DNA of 63,491 nt, filler included, from Reclinomonas americana ATCC 50394 (Eukaryota), in assembly GCA_048213135.1 (NCBI GenBank). It is 15 parts of 15 records of this genome, joined end to end, with 100 filler letters (N's around TTAATTAATTAA, not from the genome) between each part and the next. Parts side by side here need not be neighbours in the genome. Positions count along the whole stretch, not along the records: positions 32,558 to 48,420 come from AFZH01020459.1; 14 more parts are not named here. One strand, 5' to 3'. The translations under genes were made by a program, and so were the position numbers. Of the stretch, positions 35,440 through 47,113 are shown piece after piece (within the stretch, counting starts at the first letter, position 1; every line of letters begins with the position of its first letter). The notes below the pieces were generated by a model. That model made no database searches. It saw only the letters and a program-made list of their open reading frames with translations, and was not told the origin of the DNA.

Positions 35440-35777
35440 TGTATGCTGCATGTCAGCGAGTAGCAAACAATGCGCTCTCCACGCCTGGCCTCACCAAAAC
35501 GTCGAGGAGAGAGTGAAATTTACTTGCAATCATCGATCATCGGCGATGCATATGAGAAGACGCATCGCGATCGCCCTTGTCATCGCCTTGCTTATCGCCT
35601 TCTCTATAGGCATCGCTCACGGCGAAGTCGACTATGACACTGACAGCGATAACACCGAGCTCAACAATCAGTGACAGCAATCATGTCACGCGCGGAGTCA
35701 CCTTCGAATTCTTCACGTGCCCAAAGAGCGGCGGGCGTGCACTTCGCGCGCAGCGCAACGCGGTGTTGAGTTGGAAA
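35440..35777 (+). pseudogene. Frameshifted, truncated tandem duplicate of the promoter and first exon of the downstream glycosyltransferase gene
   Basis: Near copy of ~35805-36124 (MRRRIAIALV..GIAHGEVDYDTD). The frame breaks at NNQ* (35674) and the copy ends at VLSWK. Confidence 0.8.
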
Positions 35778-35914
35778 GTAAATTGTCTTTGTGAGCTTCC
35801 ACACTGCATGCTGCCTGTCTACGAGTAGCAAACAATGCGCTCCCCACGCCCTGCCAACCAAAACGTCGAGAGGAGAGTGAAATTTACTTGCAATCATCGA
35901 GTCGATCTCTTGCG

Positions 35915-38900
35915 ATGAGAAGACGCATCGCGATCGCCCTTGTCGCCCTACTCATCATAGGCATCGCTCACGGAGAAGTCGACTATGACACTGACAATGA
36001 TAACAACGACCTCAGCGTAATAAGTGACAGCAATCATGTCACTCGCGGAGTCACCTTCTTCACGTGCCCGAAGAGTGGAGGGCGTGCACTGCGCGCGCAA
36101 CGCAACGCGGTGTTGAGTTGGAAGGCGATTGGTGGGCGAGTGTTGTTGGTGGCGCCCGATGTGGACAAGGAGTGGGCGGAGAGGCTGGGAGTGGGGTGGG
36201 TGCGGTCGCGGAGGGTGTCGGAGCATGGAACGCCGTTGATGGATGAGGTGTTTGAGTTGGCGCAGAGGGTGAGTGGGTGAAAGGGAGAAGGGATTCATGC
36301 AATTCCTTTGTCGTGTGTCTTGATGTGGAGGGAGTGTCATGATGGCTGTCGTGAGGTAGGACGATGAAGTGAGAATGAGGGGTGTGAGTGAGAGTGAAGA
36401 GGAGAGCGAGTGGGGATGGAGAGCACAGCGAGTGAGAGGGTGAGAGGGAATGGAGAGCACAGAGAGTGAGAACGAAGGGCACAGTGACTGGAATAGAGAA
36501 CAGAGCAGAGCTCAGCAAGTGGGAAAGAGCACAGTGAGTGGGAATGAAGGGGCTCAGCGAGTGAGAATGAAGAGCACAGTGAGTGGGAAGGGCACAGCAA
36601 GTGGGATTGAGGAGGAGAGCGAGTGGGAAGGAAGAGCAGCATGAGTAGGATTCAAGAGCACAGTGAGTGGGATTGAAGAGCACAGCGAGTGGGAATGGAG
36701 AGCACAGTGAGTGGGATTGAAGAGCACGCGAGTGGGATTGACGAGCACAGCGAGTGTGAAGGGCACAGCAAGTGGGAATGGAGAGCATGGGAATAGTGAG
36801 GAGAGCGAGTGGGATTGAAGGACATGGCGAGTGAAGAGGAAGAGCTGAGTGAGTGGGCATGGGGTGCACAGTGAGTGGGCATGGAGAGAACAGCGAGTGG
36901 GATTGAAGAGCGGAGTGAGTGGCAGGGGCACAGCAAGAGGGATTGAAGAGCGCGGCGAGTGGGATGGAAGGGCACAGCGAGTGGGAATAGAGAGCATAGC
37001 TGGGGATGGAGAGGAGCGAGTGGGAATGGAGAGCAGAATGAGTGGGAAAGAAGGTCAAGGCGAGTGGGAATGAAGTGTGAAACGAGTAAGAATGGAGAGC
37101 ACAGTGAGTGGGATTAAAGAGGAGAGCGAATGGGAATGGAGAGCGAGCGAGATTGGAGAGCACAAGCGTGTGGGAATGAAGAGGAGAGCGAGTGGGATGG
37201 AAGAGCACAGCGAGTGGGCGTGAGTTCATCGAGCGACCTTCGAGTCTGCGTGAGCTGCCTCCAACGCCTTTCTCCACGTGCAGCTTTATGTCAATGCCTC
37301 GTGCTTCGGAGAGTCTTCTTGTCTCGTCTGCCTTCTTCAGTGATCTCTGCACGCAGAAGAGCACAACTCAGAATCGCCTTCATTGCTGTTCTCGGCACAC
37401 TGTGCATGTTTTGAGTATCCGAGAATCTCACCCAGCTCGAAACGCGCATTTCGTGCAACAATGATATGGTTTCTGCGTAAATCGGGATTTCCACAGAGTC
37501 TTCACATTCTCCTCTCGTTTTTCACTCTCTTTCCTGTTGAACCCCCGTCATTGTGTTGTCTCTGATCGTTCACTGTTGAAACTCCAAGCACCAATATTTC
37601 ATCGCCCTCTTTCACCTGTCCCCTTCTTCTTTCTCGCCTCCGCGCGTGCAATCTTCCTCATCTCTCCCTGTCCCTCACCGTATCTCCCCTCACTTGCCCT
37701 CTCCTTTCCCCCGTTCCTACTTGCCTCGTTTCCCCTTTCTTTTCCCTCTGTCTCCTTTCCATTCACTCACCCTCCCACTTGCCCTCAATTACCCTCACTC
37801 TTCCCTCCTTCCTCCTCCCCCCTTCTCTCCCTTCCCCCGTTCCTATTTGCCTCTTTTCCCCTTCCTTTCCCTCTGTTTCACTTCCATTCTCTCACACTCC
37901 CGCTTGCCCTCAATTACCCTCACTCTTCCCTCCCACTCCCCCCTTCTCTCCTTTCCCCCGCTCCCACTTGCCTCTTTTCCCCTTCCTTTCCCTCTGTCTC
38001 ACTTCCATTCTCTCACCCTCCCACTTGCCCTCAATTGCCCTCACTCTTCCCCCTTCCTCCTACCCCCTTCCCTCCTTTCCCCCGTTCCCTCTTGCCTCAC
38101 TCTTTCCTCCTTCCCCCTTCCCTCATCTTCCCCCTCCCCCCGTTCCCACTTCCCCCCTTCCCCTTCCCCTTCCCACCTTCCCACCTTCCCACCTTCCCCC
38201 CTTCCCCTCTCCTCTCCCCCCTTTCCCTTATTTCCCTTATTTCCCCTTCCCAGGAATCCACCACCGACATCATGGTCTACCTCAACGCCGACATTGTGCT
38301 CACCCCCGCATTCATGCACGCCGTCGACGCGGTGTGGCGACACGCCACGCAACACCCACCACGCGGGCAGGCCGCCGCCAACTTTCTGATGATTGGCCGG
38401 CGCACCAATGTGCGCCTGGACGAGGAGCTCGATTTTGGCGCCGAGGCGGACCATCGAGTGGGTCCGCACAGCAGTCGTCGCGGCACGTGGTTGCGGCGGG
38501 TGCTGGAGGTGGTGGAGCGCACGGGCGAGTTGTACGACACGCGCGCCGTCGACTACTTTGCCTTCCGGCGCGGCTCGCTGTCGATTCGGCCGTTTGCCAT
38601 CGGCCGCATGGTGTGGGACACGTGGCTCGTGCACCACGCCTCCAACACACTCGGCTTTCTGACTGTAGTTGCGAGATTCTGCGATTGTGGGAGGTGAGGA
38701 GAGCATGTTGCTCACCAATGTTGAGGGGGGGTAGGACGCGTCGGCGGTGGTGGTGGCGGTGCACCAGGCGCACGACTACTCGCACGTGAAGAATCTGCGC
38801 GGCGGCAGCAGCAAGGACGACGTCTACCGATCCATCGAGTCGGATAACAATTATGCGGTGGCGTGTGGACCGGCGGCGTTGACGAGGTACGTTTCATGAA

Positions 38901-39500
38901 AAGAGAGAGATATTGGGAGAAGAGGTAATCACCGATTGTGGAACGCAGCGCGGCGGCTCGCAGTCAGTGCGAGTCCATTCGTTATGGCTCCACGGCGCAC
39001 GCACCGTGGGAGCTGTTGCACTCGTGTAGCACGGCGCAGTTGCCGAGAATATCGGCGACAGACGTGCAGGACAACGAGAGCACTCCGTACCTGCCCACAC
39101 GCCTCACGGCCGACATGCTGCCGTTTTGTGTCACGCGGAGATGCGCCGTGTGCCCGATTCGTAATTTTCACGGCGGCTGCTACGAGCCGCCATTCGCGCC
39201 CGTGTGTCGTGTGGCGCAAGTGAACACGGGTCCCGAGGCGTTCCGCGTGGTAAGTGCGAAGATTAATGTATGATTGCTCTGGGCTCTCACTCCGTTGTGC
39301 CACAGCCGTACGAGTCGAGTCCACGCGCCTCCGTCGAGTACAATTATACGGCGCTCGCCGGTGTGCTGGGACTGCTCGCCGGCATCATGCTGACTCTGAT
39401 TGTGATTTTGGTGCAATCGAGAAGGCGGCAGGGCGGTCGTCGGCCGAGCCGCTTGTCGCCCACGGGGTTTTTGACGACGCCCGACTCGAAGGAGTTGTAA
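35915..39500 (+). CDS. GT-A fold glycosyltransferase-like protein (RAY1 N-terminal-like / bacterial uncharacterised GT family), type I membrane topology
   Basis: Signal peptide, then TFFTCPK..QRNAVLSW..GTPLMDEVF..|MVYLNADIVL..FLMIGRRTN..AVDYFAF..PFAIGRMVWDTWL..V|DASAVVVAVHQAHDYSH. Cys-rich stalk and C-terminal TM LAGVLGLLAGIMLTLIVILV. Confidence 0.75.
36390..37220. repeat. Intronic minisatellite, ~20-30 bp unit
   Basis: Many variants of gagcacagcgagtggga(t/a)tg(a/g)a. Confidence 0.85.
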
Positions 39501-39959
39501 TGTATGGCTTAGATGGTGTGTTTATTGGAGAGGGAAGGGGGTGGGGAAAGGGGGAGACGGAGAGGGAAGGATGAAGGGAGAGAGAGAAAAAGAAAGAAAG
39601 AAAGAGAGAGAGAGAAATATACAGAGAAGCAACGAGCAGATGACAGCTGGAGTGTCTCTGGGGTTGTCAACTCTTGTGAAAAAATCACTTCACTCTTTGC
39701 GAGAGTTTGTCAAATAGCGTCGCGATCCAATATGTGCAGAGTGAAGACTGAATCGCGCAGTATCACCGACTGCAGGAGGGAAAGAAAGAAAGAAAACAGA
39801 GCGCGAAAGCAGCTCTTTGGCCGCGCGTCCGGCTTGTCACTGGCCAAAGAGCGCGACGTGCCTCAAGCACATCCTTGTCAGAAAACACCTGGCGCCCGAG
39901 ACGAATAACCAAGTCAGAAGAGCGTCCTCGCGAGCTCCAAGTGAGAGCAGCAAGGAATG

Positions 39960-40520
39960 GCAGCAGTGTCGCACAGCGTCAGAGTGAAACTGAGGCCTGA
40001 GTCGCGAAGTATTTGCCAGTCTCACGAACAAGTCACACAACGTACCGTGGCTGCGCTAAAGCGAATAAGTGCAAAACAGCCTCACGCGTCACGTTCCAAG
40101 TCAGTGACTGACAGCCAGAGTCACACAGCATCGCCAACCAGAAGCACACCCAAGTCGCAGCAAAACTGCACCGCTTCACGAGACAGACAAGCGAAGAAAT
40201 GCTTCCCAGCCAGCGGCTGACAGCCAGAGTCACACATCATCACCAACCAGAAGCACACCCAAGTCGCAGCAGAACTTCACCTCTTCACGAGACAGACAAG
40301 CGAAGAGGTGCTTCCCAGCCTGCAGCTGACAGCCTAAGTCGCGCAGTATAGTCAACACCAAGAGCCACGCCCAAGTCCAACAGCATTCAACGACGTGCAC
40401 AGCATGCTGCCAGCAGGACGTGCCCGGAGTCGCATTGTATCGCCGACAGCAAGAGTCATCCCGTCGTCGGTGTAGGAGAGAGTGGCGACGCGATACTGAG
40501 TCACGTTCCCAGCCATACTC
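39960..40520. repeat. Intergenic ~110-120 bp degenerate tandem repeat between convergent genes
   Basis: ctgacagccagagtcacaca.catc.ccaaccagaagcacacccaagtcgcagca at ~40108 and ~40218, with weaker copies on both sides. Confidence 0.7.
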
Positions 40521-40699
40521 ACTTCAAAATCACAAAAATGTCACCGAGCAAAGTAGAACTGCAGCAGCGCCGCATGAGCTCTCGTTCCAATGGCAAGAGG
40601 AGTCAACGTCCAGAGTCACGCCCGTGCCAGAAGCCACGTGCGTGTCTATGCACCGTAACTCCTCCAGAGTTCCCTTCTCCGCTACCCTTCCATCGCCGA

Positions 40700-41950
40700 T
40701 CACAATCCCCCCACAGTCTCCGCACACAACCCGTCAAACCGCCGACACAGCTGCTCCACCAAATCCCCGCCGCCCTCGTCGCCAGCGGCCAACTCTGCCA
40801 GTCGCGCCTCCGAGTGCTCGCCGAGAAATGCAGTGCGTGCGGCGCCGAGAGCAGAGGCCACCACCGCCTTTGATGACCCTGCACTTGCACTGACATGCGC
40901 GCCCACGATGCGCCGCGTGGCCAGATCGACCTTGTGACGCACGCTGCGCGCCGTGGCCAGTCGACTGGCCTCCTGCGCACGCTCGGCGGCCGCCCTCCGC
41001 TGCAGCTCGCACCACGCCACCTCCAGTGCCTCCCACAATCGCGACACGGTGCACTGCTCGGCGCAATCTGTCTCCCACCACAGCGCGCGTTCCCAGCCGC
41101 ACTCGCGCTCCGACGGCCACTCGAATCGCTGCTCCATGCGCTCCATCACTTCGTCGTCCACGCGCTCCTCCGCGCCCGTCCGCTGTGCGTTGCGTTCGCG
41201 GCACGTGGCGGGTGGCGTGCGCAAAAAGAGCTCCAGGAAGGAGCAGCTGTCGGCTGGACAGTCGCAAAGTGAGGGATGGGCTGATTGAGAAAAAGTGCGC
41301 GGAAGGGCGTACCGTGCGAGCGACACAAGGTGTAGAACTCGTGACGCATGCTGGCGTAGTAAAAGTTGTCTTCGACGAGCAGCAGGCGGCGCGAGTCTTT
41401 GTCCCCCTCCTCCTCCTCCTCCGTGAGCAACCAGTCGCGCACTCGGTCCAGGGTGTGGGCGCGTGAGAGGTGCCAGCTGTCGCGGTCGAACGCGGCAGAG
41501 GCGTGCGTGTCGCGGTAGACGTCGTCCATGAGGAGGGCGGTGAGGCGGAGGGTGGGGTTGGAGAGCTGGGAGGGTGGGGTCAGAGGGAAAGGGGAAGCAA
41601 ATGGGAAGACAAGGGGGAAGACAAGGGGGAAGCGATGGGGGAAGCGAGAAGGGAGGGGGAAGAGAAGGGGGAAGAGAAGGGGGAAGACGGAAGGGGAAGC
41701 ACAGGGGGGAGAACCATGCCTCTGAAAGTGCGCAGAGAGAGGCAGAGAGAGAGAGAGAAGAACACTGTGCAAACAGACGGAGAACGGCGAAGTGCGAGAG
41801 CTCAATGACCCACATGCATCACTCTCCCTCTTTTCTCTTTCCCTTCTGTGACTCTGTGTCCCTCACCATCAGCGAGCGCACGAGTGTGCTCTTGCCACTG
41901 CCAGGCAAGCCACACACAAGAACAACTCCGCACACACACTTCTTCTCCAT
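40700..41950 (-). CDS. PSTK: O-phosphoseryl-tRNA(Sec) kinase
   Basis: VLVCGLPGSGKSTL, LMDD, LLVEDNFYYASMRHEFYTLCR, FLELFLRTPPATCRERNAQR, MEQRFEWP..GWE and RHKVDLATRRIVG; three exons. Confidence 0.88.
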
Positions 41951-42388
41951 GGTTTGATTGCATGACAATGTGACGGGACGTCTTGAAGTCGTCAGAAAGC
42001 CTGCAAGTGGTAACTGCACACCGCCTAAGGTGGCATAGTGTACCGGCATTCACTCGACGAGGAATACTTCGTTGTGTGCCACTTGGAAGAACCGATCCTG
42101 TGTACGTAAGTCTCTCTGAAATGCAGGTAACGTTGCTCCATCAACAAACGGGACGCTTCTTTCTTTTGTAGTTCATCTTTAGCCGATCTCTTTCGTGCAG
42201 TACCTCCTCACTATCCAAAAGGTTGACGTCGCTTCCATTCACTGCATCAGAGAAACAATTGATTTCATAAAACGTAAATCGCGTCGACGTCGAATGCTCC
42301 ACTGTCGGCGCTCTGATGCAAACCACGAATGCTGCAGAGAGGCGCAATGCGTTCTGCGACTTTATGGCTCATCCACAAAGGGGGCGCA

Positions 42389-45300
42389 TCAAAATCGAAT
42401 GAGTTCGCGAAGATCCGACTCGATCATCAACTCCTCACCGTCTGCCACTCGCTCTTTTAGATCCTCCATCGACACAAAGTGTCTCCTCGATCTGCTGTCG
42501 ACAATCACGCTCGCCAGGTTAGGCGACAGCCGCTCCGTCAGCTGCGGCTCCGACATTGTGTTGACGTTGATATCTGTCGCCGACGACTGTGGGCACTCAC
42601 TCGCCATATGCATGCGGCAAGGATCCTTGAGTACATGCACGCACCGACAAAGTTGCGCTCTAGAAGAGGACCAATGATAAAGCCGAAAAACAGACTCATG
42701 TTTCGTGAGTCCACTACGAATGCGTTGCTTGGCAGCGATGCCTCCAGGTGAGGGTGAGGTCGCACGACAAACAGACCGAACCAAAAGTTCTGCGCAGGCA
42801 CAAGTTACTCACTGCTCCCACACAAACGCAACACGATGCGCATGCGCAACTGTACACGACTGAGCAACGCGTAACACCGTCTGCTTCCGCTTCCGTGACA
42901 TGTCTGCGAAGCGCAGTGCCGAATCTTTCCGCTTGCGAATAAACCGCCGAAGCTTGGTCGCCGATTCCATCTGCTCGTCAACGTACAGCAGTGGCAACGA
43001 TGAACGAGTTCCATCGATCAGCAGACAGGACTGCACAGAACGAGAACCATCAGTTGCGTGTGGCGAGCAAGTGGGTTTCAGCAGAGATTACGCACCAGAA
43101 ATGCGTTTGCATACTCCTCCAGCATTGTATGGACGCTCAACAACTTCCACCACACTCGCTTGAACTGAAACGCCATGTATCCCTGTTGCAACGGATGAGA
43201 AAAGTCTTACGCACAAGGACAGAAGCTCGAAACTCAACTGCCTGTGTGATGATCAGAGCGTCCACGGCGCACGCCCTATCTTGTATCCGAGCGATTGTAC
43301 TGTGTGGAATGTCCAGGTCCACATCCTGCGCAACAGCAAAGTGTCTCAGCTACATCCACAAAGGCAACATACTTGGAGGGCGATCGGGTTACGCACTCCG
43401 AGGTTTCGCGACAGCACGTTCACAGCAGTGTTGGCGTTGATCTGCAGCGACTCGGTGAAGCGAGATGATTCCGACGGAAAGATGGCACCCGACAGCACAT
43501 CCGTGAGCCGCGCAGTACTGCTTTCAAGGTACGACAGTTTGACTGCCAGGCCGCGGGAACATGCCGACTCAAAGTCGTTCTCGCTCCACGCCGTCGTCGG
43601 CAGCTTTAGCAGGTACTTGGCGTCTCCACTTGCACTTAGCAATGCCAACGGGTACAGTGGGAGCTGCACTAGCCCGTGCGACTGTGATGAGCGGTAGCAC
43701 GTTAGGCAGCACAATTATTCGTCACCGACAGTGCACGACCGAACCATGTGCGCTTCGTGGTAGGCGACATAGACTCCATCTCCTAACTCAATGTCGCCAA
43801 GCTGCATCTCGACTGGTCGCGTGGACATCTCGAGCAGTCGCACCTTGTCGAGATTGACGAATACGAACCCCCTGCCACGCAGCTCCACCGCGACTGCTGC
43901 CGCCAAGCGTCCTCCGGCGCCCACGAACTCTGGCACACATAACACGAGGTGGGTGACAAGGCGTTGGACCACTTGGAGTGAGTGCGCTCACCATGCTGTG
44001 GATCCTGACAGAGGGCAATGCCCGATATCAAGGACTCGACGCACCGCTGAAGCCCACCAACACTGGTCACCACTCGACGAAGCGCAGCACATGTTCGCCA
44101 CTTGTCGGCCCATGCCGGATGCGCGTCTCGTATGACGGCATCCACGAATTCGTCAACATGCTCGCTCCGCAGCAGGGGCAGTGGCACGACGCAGTACGGA
44201 TAGATCATTTGATGGAACGCGGTGCTGAGGGTGGCGAGTGACAGCGCAGAGCATGCCACGATCACCATGTCGTTGCTGCTGGCAGGTGGCCAGCACAGCA
44301 AGCCACTAAGGGTTGTCATCATGCCTATGAGATCTCCTGCACAAAGGAAACTGTCGGAGACAAGAAGTGACTAGTCTGTCGCATCTTGGCGAACCTCGTT
44401 GCTCTACCACTTTCAAACACTCGTCCACAAGAACCAATGCGACCAGGTCGTCGTCCGCGGACATGCCTACGGGGAGGCGCGGAGTCAGATCGCGTGGAAA
44501 CAATCAAAGAGAAGGTGCTTTGCTCAGTCACCTGACTGGCGACGCGCGTCGCGAATCACTGCCCCGATGGCGTCTTTGACCGACACGTCGCCCTCATCGA
44601 CCAGGGACAAACACTGGTACTCAGAGACCCACCTTCCAAAGCACGCCGCAGCGCCGAACCATGCGTGGAGAATGCGAAAGCCAATCCACGGGCTCTTGGA
44701 GGCGATCTCTCCCCGAGTCAATTCGTCAGCATTGTTGAAGGTGATGGGTATCTGCAGGTGCTGGCGTCAGAGCAGAAACATCAGACACCACACACACACA
44801 CAAACACACGCACATATACACACACATACACACACATAATGCACACGAAGCTCTCGTAACGTACCGTCAAGCAACAGGTACTTAATGCCTTGCGCAGCCT
44901 CTGCAGCGGCTCGGCGATCGTTGCCGGCCACTCGGCACGCAGATACTCATGGATTCCGAGCTGGAGAAGGTCACCGAGCGAGTCCAGCAGGCGCGACTTG
45001 CCAGAACCGGGTCCTCCGCCAACGACAAGAAACGGATGCTGCATGCGGTCTTGTGCCTCTCCCTTCCCAATGTGCATGGCGAGATCCCACAGCACATCGG
45101 ATGGAATGCTTCGATGAACGAGTGGCATTACGTCACTGGTGAACTGCGGGAGACGGTGAGGTGACGGGGATGCATGAGGTTGCGGGGAGAGAATAGTGTT
45201 ACCAGCTTGGGAGATTCGTTGAGAAGGCGAGATGAGGCTTTCCTTATCAGCAGCCTGCCTGTCTGTTTTCCCACGCGGAAGATGGTGGCCTTTATCTCGT

Positions 45301-46107
45301 CGACTGCGTGACAACAACAGTGAGCGCAGAGAAGGTACTGGATCCCACAGTGGTCAAGCAAACACGCCTAGCGTTCGCTGTCGCTTCCACAGTCGCTCAT
45401 CGTCGTCCTCAGAGTCACGGAAGGAAGCGCGTTTGGCTGCTCCACTGTGAACGAGCGAGAGAGGGAAGTGAGATGTCGGATGGAGATCACAGCAGATTCG
45501 TTCATGCACACCGTCGCGCTTGAGCTTGATGGCGGGAGTTTGAGCCGCGGCCGGAGGCATCCTGTCAAGTCAGAATGTCAGGCATTTGAAATAGGCAGGC
45601 GACAAGCAAACACGCACATATAAAGGGAGGGGCGCAGTAGAGATTGCAAACAACAAATGGAGAGAGAGAGAGACGTCGCTTGCATTCACACTCATCGAGA
45701 AAGGGGCGAGAAGAAATGAAAATCAACATAGATCTGCAGAGTGTAGTGAATGCGCAAGTTGTGCTGCTGTGGGTGCAATAAGCTTAAGTGCAGCAAGTGC
45801 ATGGTGGTAGGAGTGCGCCTAAGTTGACGCCGACGTGCAACGGCAGTTTGAGGCAGTCATTCCCTCTCGTCTTCTTCCTCTCTCTCTCTCTCTCTTTCAT
45901 TTGCTCTCCCCTTTCTCTGTCACTCACCGATAGCCACGACAGCCGCTTCTTCATCGAGCGCGATACCTTACTCTCCACACTCTCCTCCTTTACGGGCAGG
46001 TTTGCCTGCTCGAGCAACCAGTCCAGTCCACGCACGGTGAATCGGCTGGCGAGATCGTCCTCAGTCCACGACGCGAGGTTCCACATAGAGGCTAAATTGT
46101 CGCCCAT
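42389..46107 (-). CDS. Crinkler/RHS-type effector-like protein: SAP-like N-terminus, P-loop NTPase, PD-(D/E)XK REase, helix-hairpin-helix
   Basis: Walker A FLVVGGGPGSGKSRLLD; IPITFNN..RILHAWF; Walker B VALVLVDE; VGGLQRCVE; WSENDFE; REase AVDALII..|GYMAFQFK; LPSNAFVV..NMSLFFG; HhH INVNT.SEPQL..LASVIVDSR..FVSMEDLKERV. Intron phases are consistent where checked. The start codon is tentative. Confidence 0.78.
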
Positions 46108-46613
46108 CCTCCCTGAACAACGCACAATTATTCGGGACCCTGAGCACTTTACACAAAGGTCAACTACTTTTTTGTCACTCACCAAAACAAAGAGCCAACC
46201 TGTCTTGATGGCCGTCCAGTCCGTTGTTGCAACAGCCTTGCAGCAAACGTCAACCTTGGCGAGGCTGTAGCAGCATCTGCATGTTCGAAGTCGGTCGAAT
46301 TCGAAAGTCGAGAACTTCGAATTCGTTCAGCGCAGAAAGTAAGCGCGGTAGAACCACACAGAGCCACACACGTCACGTATACTCAAAGAACTCGGAGACA
46401 TGAAAACATACCGCGCCAGTTCCCCAAGATAGAGCAGCTGCAGCGTTGCCGGTGAGGGTTCAATGAAGCTGCTCCGTGGTCAACTCTGTTCTTGATTGAG
46501 AGACGCACCATGAGTGACAATACAACACAAACTTGTATTTGTTCGCCAAAGTGGTGCCTGTGCATGCAATACGGAAGACATTTGTACGACCTGGGTGCAC
46601 AGTGTTCTGGTAT

Positions 46614-47065
46614 TCACTCAACGAGGAACACTTCGTAGTCTGCCACCTGGATGGTCAGCGATCCCATCAGAGTCGTACAGTCAAGTGCTCCACCGTCGAT
46701 ACTCTGGTAATGGTAAGGGTTGCTGCCGCTGTTGCTGTTGCCGTTGCAGCTGCCAGCCAAGTAAAGGTCATTCCCGCCAAAGTCTGATCCAAGGTTAGAG
46801 CGGTGATAAACGGCACTCTGCTTGCTACCGTCCTTTAGCGCAAAGCGTCGAGCTCTTGCACCGCTCCACGATGCCGAGAACAAGAAGCTGGTGCAGGATG
46901 GGTCGGCAGCATAGGCACCTGACGGATGAGATTGCCAGGAAACAGGCGTGTATCCACCACACACTCGTCCCGTCGAGGACTTGACCACGGTCAGTGTTGC
47001 TCTGCGCGCAGACACACACTCGTCAGAAACCGAGCAACAGCAAACTCGCTCTCTCTCTCTCTCTC

Positions 47066-47113
<48 letters not shown>

